Assembly: GCF_009914755.1 (NCBI RefSeq)
Contig: NC_060934.1
DNA from: the human T2T-CHM13v2.0 reference genome, Homo sapiens
Direction: 5' to 3' (one strand)
Length of the DNA: 64,000 bases
The notes under the pieces are model-generated. The model was not told where the DNA came from, did no database searches, and was given only the letters and a program-made list of their open reading frames with translations. Below are positions 51,772-64,000 of the stretch, piece after piece (within the stretch, counting starts at the first letter, position 1; every line of letters begins with the position of its first letter). The position numbers and the translations under genes were made by a program.

Positions 51772-54419
51772 TATTTCAAAATAATAAGAGCTATTTATGA
51801 AAAACCCATAGCCAATATCATATTTAATGGGCAAAATCTGGAAGTATTCCCTTTGAAAACCAGAGCAAGACAAAGATGCCCTCTCTCACCACTCCTATTC
51901 AACATAGCTTTGGAAGTTCTCACCAGGGCAATCAGGCAAGAGAAAGAAATAAATGGTATTGAAATAGGATGAGAGGAAGTCAAATTGTCTCTGTTTACAG
52001 ATGACATGATTGTATATTTAGAAAACCCCATTGTCTCATCCCCAAAACTGTTCATGCTAATAAGCAAATTCAGCAACGTCTCAGGATACAAATTCAATGT
52101 GCAAAAATCACAAGCATTCCTATACACCAATAATAGACAAGCAGACAGTCAAATAATGAGTGAACTCCCATTCACAATTGCTACAAAGAGAATAAAATGG
52201 CTAGAAATACAACTTAAAAGGGATGTGAAAGACCTCTTCAAGGAGAGCTACAAACCACTGCTCAGGGAATTAAGAGATTACAAAAACAAATGGAAAAACG
52301 TTCCATGCTCATGAATAGTAAGAATCAATATTGTGAAAATGGCCATATTGCCAAAAGTAATTTATAGGTTCAATGCTATTCCCATCAAGCTGCCATTGAG
52401 TTTCTTCACAGAACTAGAAAAAACTACTTTAAATTTCATATGGAACCAAAAAAGAGCTTGTAAAGCCAAGACAATCCTAAGCAAAAAGAACAAAGCTGGA
52501 GGCATCATGCTACCTGACTTCAAACTATACTACAAGGCTACAGTAGCCAAAACAGCATGGTACTGATACCAAAACAGATATATAGAACAATGGAACAGAA
52601 CAGAGACCTCAGAAATAATGCCACACATCTACAACCATCTGATCTTCAACAAACCTGACAAAAACAAGCAATGGGAAAAAGATTCCCTATTTAATAAATG
52701 GTGTTGGACAAACTGTCTAGCCATATGCAGAAAACAGAAACTGGATCCCTTCCTTTCATCTTATAAAAAAATTAACTCAAGATGGATTGAAGACTTAAAC
52801 ATAAAACCTAAAACTATAAAAACCCTAGAGAAAAACCCAGGTAATACCATTCAGGACATAAGCATGGGCAAAGACTTCATGACTAAAACACCAAAAGCAA
52901 TGGCAACAAAAGCCAAAATTGACAAATGGTAAACTAAAGAGCTTCTGCATAGCAAAGGAAACTATCATAAGAGTGAACAGGCAACCTACAGAATGGAAGA
53001 AAATTTTTGCAATCTGTCCATTTGACTAAGGTCTAATATCCAGAATCCACAAGGAACTTAAACAAATTTACAAGAAAAAAAGAAAACAACAACAACAAAA
53101 AAAAACTGCTGGGTCTGTCCTGCAGACCCTGGCCAATGGATGAAATGAGTACTCATATACAGGTATGAGGTGTAAGAGCAGCTAGGGGACTGTCTGGCTC
53201 AAGTGGCCAGAGTGTAGCCTCGAGAAGCTGGAGCTGCATGTTTTTATTCAGTGCAGGCACAATGCTGAAAACCTGGAGCCCATGCAATCTGTAGGTAATT
53301 AATATTTATTGTTCCCCTTTCAGGGAACATCAAGAATGGATGATCAAAGGTCAGTTCCTGGTCAACATAAGTAAACAAGCCTGTTCAAGATGACTTCCCC
53401 TTCCCTCCCTTGTACATACTCCTCGTCCTCTCCCTCACGGTCAGAGAACAGCTGCGTTCAGCTATTCTCACCTGAAACTATGCAGAGCCTTCCGACCTTT
53501 CAGAAGGCCTGCTCCTTTCCCTATACTTTCTCCCACCACTCTGATGGATCTCCTACAAACAACCCCATCAAAAAGTAGGTGAAGGATATCAACAGACACT
53601 TCTCAAAAGAAGACATTTATGTGGCCAACAAACATATGAAAAAAAGCTCATCACTGGTCATTAGAGAATGCAAATCAAAACCACAATGAGGTAAAATCTC
53701 ATGCCAGTTAGAATGGTGATCATTAATAAGTTAGGAAACAAGAGATGCTGGTGAGAATGTGGAGAAATAGGAAAGCTTTTACACTGTTGGTGGAAGTGTA
53801 AATTATTTCAACCACTGTGGAAGACAGTGTGGCGATTCCTCAATGCTAGAACCAGAAATTCCATTTGATCTAGCAATCCCATTACTGGGTATATACCCAA
53901 AGGGCTATAAACCATTCTACTATAAAGATACATACAAACGTATGTTTATTGCAGCACTATTTACAATAGCAAAGACTTGGAACCAACCCAAATGCCCATC
54001 AATGACACACTGGATAAAGAAAATGTGGCACATATACACTGTGGACTACTATGCAGCCATTAAAAAGAATGAGTTCATGTCCTTTGCAGGGACATGGATG
54101 AAGCTGGAAACCACCATCCTCAGCAAACTAACAGAGGAACAGAAAACCAAACACTGCATGTTCTCACTTATAAGTGGGAGTTGAAAAATGAGAACACATG
54201 GACACAGGAAGGGTAACATCACACACCAGGGCCTGTTGAGGGGTTGGGGGGCAAGGGGAGGGAAAGCATTAGGACAAATACCTAATGCATGTGGAGCTTA
54301 AAACCTAGATGACAGGTTCATAGATGCAGCAAACCACCATGGCACATGTATACCTATGTAACAAATCTGCACAATTCTGCACACGTGTCCCAGAACTTAA
54401 AGTAAAATTAAAAATTAAA
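51772..54419 (+). mobile_element. 5'-truncated L1PA in CYP2C19 intron 3, interrupted by LTR22
   Basis: ORF2 fragments at 51985-54184; TSD aaatataaagtttaa at 51757-51771 and 54420-54434. Confidence 0.92.
53107..53557 (-). mobile_element. Solo LTR22-like element (HML-5/ERVK) inserted into an L1
   Basis: - strand begins TGTAGGAGATCCATCAGAGTGGTGGGAGAAAGTATAGGG; imperfect 6-bp TSD (aaaaac/aacaac). Confidence 0.7.
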
Positions 54420-54646
54420 AAATATAAAGTTTAACAATCACTTGATTACAACAACTTTATTTCAGAGATCCTCCACCAAACAAGAAAACCTTTTGTATAA
54501 TTTAATTTATTTAGCTATTAAATGATAGACTTGGTCTAATCAATGTCAAATTTCAAATAAGTTAAATTTGAAGGATGATTAGAGATGATGGGCATTTAAT
54601 TCCTAGAGAAGAAAATTCATTTTTAAAAAACTAAAGAAGAAACTAA

Positions 54647-55041
<395 letters not shown>

Positions 55042-55528
55042 TAACAAGTTTTTGTTTAATTTTTTTGACAAACTAATCTATGTTAGACATTCTATTCATT
55101 TATGTTTGTATTTGTTCTCATAAAACACATTCTGCTTCTTACATTTATTTTCTCAAATACATGAATTCACCCCTAGTCTCTCTAGTTCCTCTCTACTGGT
55201 TCAATACATGATTCTTTGAGCTATTTGTTGTAATATAAAAAGCTTTGAAATCCCCAACTATTCTCACCCTTTCTATCTCAGTGCTTTGTTGTCTACAGAC
55301 TTTGCAGACTGATGTGATTCCCTCTGAAACTTGAATTATTTGGTTTCTAAAAAAGTCTCTTTTTTTCTTTCCAAAGTAAAAGACAAATAGGCCGGGAATG
55401 TAAATTTAGCATTTGAGCAACCATTATTTAACCAGCTAGGCTGTAATTGTTAATTCGAGATTAATGTAAAAGTGATGTGTTGATTTTATGCATGCCAAAC
55501 TCTTTTTTGCTTTTAAGGGAATTCATAG

Positions 55529-55867
<339 letters not shown>

Positions 55868-56956
55868 TGACCAAGCCCTGAAGTACATTTTTGAATACTA
55901 CAGTCTTGCCTAGACAGCCATGGGGTGAATATCTGGAAAAGATGGCAAAGTTCTTTATTTTATGCACAGGAAATGAATATCCCAATATAGATCAGGCTTC
56001 TAAGCCCATTAGCTCCCTGATCAGTGTTTTTTCCACTAAACTCCAAAGCCCTGTTTCTATAAAGTACTTTGGTGACAGCCCCAAAGCGTGCTTATATCAC
56101 TCCATGGACATCCAGGCACTTTGGAGTCTTCCATTACTCACAAGGCTTGTCCTTCAATTCACACTTTGTCATATTGTGTGACAGAAATATCCTAATCTAA
56201 AAGACATTATCTCCTTCAAGGACAGAGAATATTTGGAACCACAGAAGCTGCCAAGAAACACTGAATAGGGCAGAGGTGTTTGATGTCTCAGTTGGGATTC
56301 TAGCTGATGAGACAGCTGGTTAGGAATGAAAAAATTATTGTTTTTTTGGTGTATGAACCATAAACAGACATCACACTTTTACCCTGTGCTGAATTGGCAT
56401 GTTTTATACTCTGCCTAAATAATAATTGTATGATTTTACAGAAGTCATTTAACTGCTCTGGTGCACAGTTGGAATTTGAAGTATCTTTGAGCCCCTCCCA
56501 CTTCTAAAATACTAATTCAATTTCAGAGGCTGCTTGATAGAAATCAATATAGCAGGGACTATCTTTGTAGTATCAATCAGGTTGTGCAAACTCTTTTAAC
56601 CTATGCTATCATCTCCAAAATGTTAATGTAGTAATTCATACCATCTTATATTTCAAGATTGTAGAGAAGAATTGTTGTAAAAAGTAAGAGAATTAATATA
56701 AAGATGCTTTTATACTATCAAAAGCAGGTATAAGTCTAGGAAATGATTATCATCTTTGATTCTCTTGTCAGAATTTTCTTTCTCAAATCTTGTATAATCA
56801 GAGAATTACTACACATGTACAATAAAAATTTCCCCATCAAGATATACAATATATTTTATTTATATTTATAGTTTTAAATTACAACCAGAGCTTGGCATAT
56901 TGTATCTATACCTTTATTAAATGCTTTTAATTTAATAAATTATTGTTTTCTCTTAG

Positions 56957-57133
56957 ATATGCAATAATTTTCCCACTATCATTGATTATTTCCCGGGAAC
57001 CCATAACAAATTACTTAAAAACCTTGCTTTTATGGAAAGTGATATTTTGGAGAAAGTAAAAGAACACCAAGAATCGATGGACATCAACAACCCTCGGGAC
57101 TTTATTGATTGCTTCCTGATCAAAATGGAGAAG
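56957..57133 (+). CDS. CYP2C19: CYP2C19 exon 5 (177 bp)
   Basis: tcttag|ATATGC...GAGAAG|gtaaa; [59 protein letters not shown]. Confidence 0.97.
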
Positions 57134-57449
57134 GTAAAATGTTAACAAAAGCTTAGTTATGTGACTGCTTGCGTATTTGTGATTCATTGACTAGTTTTGT
57201 GTTTACTACGGATGTTTAACAGGTCAAGGAGTAATGCTTGAGAAGCATATTTAAGTTTTTATTGTATGCATGAATATCCAGTAAGCATCATAGAAAATGT
57301 AAAATTAAATTGTTAAATAATTAGAATACATAGAAGAAATTGTTTAGATAAATATAATCTATCTGAACAATAAGGATGTCAGGATAGGAAAAGCTCTGTT
57401 CTGCAGCTTCCAGTGAGATCAGCACAGGAGGAACTTAAATTTAAAAGAA

Positions 57450-58262
57450 AATAAAAAACATCTCCATCAAAAAGTGAGTGAAGGATATGAACAGACACTT
57501 TTCAAAAGAAGTCATTGGAGAAATGCAAATAAAAACAACAATGAGATACCATCTCATGCCAGTTAGAATGGCGATCATTAAAAAGTCAGGATATAACAGA
57601 TGCTGAAGAGGATGTGGAAAAATAGAAATGTTTTTACTCTGTTTGTGGGAGTGTAAATTAGTTCAATCATTGTGGAAGGCAGTGTGGCAATTCCTCAAGG
57701 ATCTAGAACTAGAAATACCATTTGACCCAGCAATCCAATTACTGGATATATATCCAAAGGATTATAAATTATTCTATTATAAAGACACATGTACACATTT
57801 GTTTATTGTGCCACTATTCACAATAGCCAAGACTTGGAATCAACCCAAATGTACATCAATGACAGACTGGATTAAGAAAATGTGGCACATATACACCATA
57901 AAATACTATGGAGGCATAAAAAAGATGAATTCATGTCCTCTGCAGGGACATAGATGAAGCTGGAAGCCCCCACTCTCAGTAAACTAACACAGGAACAGAA
58001 AACCAAACACCGTATGTTCTCACTCATAAGTGGCAGTTGAACAATGAGAACACATAGACACAGGATGAGGAACATCACACACTGGGGCCTGTCAAGGGGT
58101 GGAGGGCTTGGGGAGGGATAACATTAAGAGAAATACCTAATGTAGATGACAAGTTCATAGGTGCAGGAGACCACCATGGCACGTGTGTACCTATTTAACA
58201 ATCCTGCACGTTCTGCACATGTATCCCAGAACTTAAAGTATAATAATAATAACAATAACAAA
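57450..58262 (+). mobile_element. L1PA 3' end
   Basis: ORF2 C-terminus (57628-57957), 3' UTR and (taa)n tail. Confidence 0.88.
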
Positions 58263-58639
58263 AATCTACCCAAGGGGAAACAAAATGCAGGTTTTAGGTG
58301 AAATGGAAGCAATTATGAACAAGTTAGAAAATATAAAATATTATGTCATAGGATGAAAATGGGCATCATTATTGCACACAGTTTATTGGAGAATGGGAAA
58401 GAATGGTTTAACCTAGGTGGGTTTCCTGCATTCCTGCAGATTGAAATAGGCCTTAAAATATTTGCAGTGAGAGTCAGAAGAGGGGTTTCAGATGGGTTGG
58501 AATGCTTTACATGGAGGTGTAGAGGTGTGTGATGGAAAAGAGTAGGTGGATGGAAGAGGGAAGGCTTCATTGAGTGTAAACTAAAATGATTTGTACAGAT
58601 AAGAATTGGAATTTGGTATCTATCAGATACCGTGTAAAC

Positions 58640-61520
<2,881 letters not shown>

Positions 61521-61669
61521 ATTTATTTAGGTATTAGATATTCTTTTTTCCTCTTTTGCAAGGGTCTGGTTTAGTTTGAAAGGCAAGTTTACCTTAAATT
61601 TTGTATTTAGTTATGATCATTGCTTGCCTGATTTTAAAATGATACCATATGAAATACTTTCTTTTTAAA

Positions 61670-64000
61670 AAAATTTTCAACTTTTATTTTAGATTCAGGA
61701 AGTGCATGTTCAAGTTTGTTACATGGGTTTATTGTGTGATGCTGAAGTTTAGGGTACAAATAATTTCATCACCCAGGTAGTGAGAATAGTACCCAATAGG
61801 TAGTTTTTCAGCTCTTGCCTTTATATCTCTCTACCATCTATAGTAATTCCCAGTGTGTATTGTTTCCATCTTTGTGTCCCACTTTTATATGAGAACACGT
61901 GGCATTTGATTTTCTGTTGCTGCATTAATTCTCTCAAGACAATGGCCTCCAGCTGCATCTATGTTGCTGCAAAGACATGATTTTTTTTATGGCTGCATAG
62001 CATTTCATAGTGTATATATACCACATTTTCTTTATGCCACACACCATTGGTTGCTTCTGTGTCTTTGCTATTGTGAATAGTGCAGAGATGGACATATGAG
62101 CACATGTGTCTTTTTGGTATAACAATTTGTTTTCCACTGGATATGTACCCAGTAGTGGAATTGCTGCATCAAATGATAATTTTGTTTTTAGTTCTTTGAG
62201 AAATTTCCAAACTGCTTTCCATAGTGGCTGAACTAACTTACATTTCCACCAGTAGTGTATAAGTTTTCCCTTTTTTCTGCAGCCTTACCAACATCTGTTA
62301 TTTTTTGGCTTTTTAATCATATCCATTCTGACTGGTATGAGATGATATCTCATTGTGGTTTTGATTTGCATTTCTCTGATGATAAGTGATGTTCAGCATT
62401 TTGTCATATGCTTGTTGGCCATGTGTATGTCTTCTTTGGAAGGACATATGTTCTTTGCCCACTTTTTAATGAAGTTATTTGTTTTTTAACTTGTTGAATT
62501 GTCTAAGTACCTTATAGATTCTCGCTATTGGACCATTGTTAGAATCACAGTTTGCAAATATTTTGTCCCCATTCTGTAGGTTGTCTGTTTATTGTGTTGA
62601 TACTCTGTCTTGCTGTGCAGAAGCTCTTTACTTTAATTAGGTCCCACTTGTCAATATTCATTTTGGTTCCAATTGCTTTTGAGGGATTATTCATAAATTC
62701 TTTGCAAAAGCCTGTATCCAGAATGGTATTACATATATTTTTTTCTATAGGATTGTTAGTTTGATGTTTTAAACTTAGATCATTAATCCATTTCGAGTTA
62801 ATTTTTGTATATGGTGCAAGGAAGTGTTCCAGTTTTATTCTGCGTATGGCTAGCCAGTTATCCTAGTTCAATTTACTGAATAGAGAGTCCTTTCCTGATT
62901 GATTATTTTTGTCAACTTTGTTGAAGATCAGATGGCTATAGGTGTGTGGCTTTATTTCTGGCTTCTGTATTGCTTTGGCTACTTGGGCTCTTCTTTGGTT
63001 TCAAACGAATTTTAGAATAGTTTTTCCTTATTCTGTGAAAAATGACATTGGTAGTTTGATAGGAATAGCATTGAATCTGTAGATAGCTTTGGGCAGTCTA
63101 GCCATTTTAATGATATTGATTGTTTTAATCCATAAGCATGAACTGTTTTTTCATTTGTTAGTGTAATCTATGATTTTGTTCAACAGTGTTTTGTAGCTCT
63201 CCTTGTAGAGACCGTTTGCCCCTTTGTTAGCTGTATTCCTAGGTTCCATTCCACCCCCACCCCCCACTATGGCTATTTTAAATGGGATGGCATTCTTGAT
63301 TTGGCTTTCAGCATGAACATTTTTGATGTATACAAATGGTACTGAGTTTTGTACATTTATTTTGTGTGCTGAAATTTCACTGGAGTTGTATATCACTTCC
63401 AGGAGCTTTTTGGAAGGTTCTTTAGGGTTTTCTAGGCCTGAGATGGGTCTTCTAGGTCTGAGATGGAGCTTCTATATCTACTAGTAAAAGATTAGCCTTG
63501 TACTCTTGAAGACAGTAGAAGGATGGGTATTTTTTAAAATTTTTAAATTATACCTTAAGTTCTGGGGTACATCTGCAGAACGTGCAGTTTTGCTACATAG
63601 GTATATACGCACCATGGTGGTTTGCTGCACCCATCATCCTGTCACCTACATGAGGTATTTCTCCTAATGCTATCCCTCCCTGTGTCCATGTGTTCTCATT
63701 GTTCATTTCCCACTTATGAGTGAGAACACACAGTGTTTAGTTTTCTGTTCTTGTGTTAGTTTGCTGAGAATGATGGTTTCCAGCTACATCCATGTCCCTG
63801 CAAAGTATGTGAACTCATCCTTTTTAATGGCTACATAGTATTCCATGATGTACATGTGCCATATTTTCTCTATCTGTCTATCATTGATTGGCATTTGTGT
63901 TGGTTCCAAGTCTTTGCTGTTGTGAGCAGTGCTGCAATAAATATACATGTGCATGTGTCTTTATAGTAGAAGGGCTTATAATCCTTTGGGTATATACCCA
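61670..64000 (-). mobile_element. Two L1 3' fragments (~61670-63435 and ~63540 to the window end)
   Basis: L1 3' UTRs and ORF2 fragments at 61934-62137 and 63151-63396. Confidence 0.85.

Overview
Human genomic DNA from the CYP2C cluster (10q23.33), with both genes on the + strand. The window holds the 3' end of CYP2C18 (exons 8-9 and 3' UTR), a ~27 kb repeat-dense intergenic region, then the CYP2C19 promoter and exons 1-5. Most of the rest is transposable-element debris: many L1s, Alus, a full-length THE1, Tigger1, and LTR22 and MER50 solo LTRs. CYP2C19 intron 1 contains a three-layer nest: an old mitochondrial ND4/tRNA-His insertion, split by a near-complete antisense HERV9/LTR12 provirus, which itself carries an AluYb8. 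This is a well-studied locus and I cannot support a wholly new biological system. The best leads are (1) an exon-less duplicate of the CYP2C19 distal enhancer ~12.8 kb upstream of the original, with a perfectly conserved GRE; (2) the antisense LTR12 promoters in intron 1; (3) a perfect-consensus competing splice donor 31 nt into intron 1; (4) an L1 with an apparent 3' transduction and an antisense promoter facing CYP2C19; and (5) an unidentified 3'-UTR retrocopy in CYP2C18 intron 7. The haplotype lacks *2, *3, *4, *17 and *35 and appears to carry c.*31T in CYP2C18. Repeat subfamilies and rsIDs are from memory, not from a database search.
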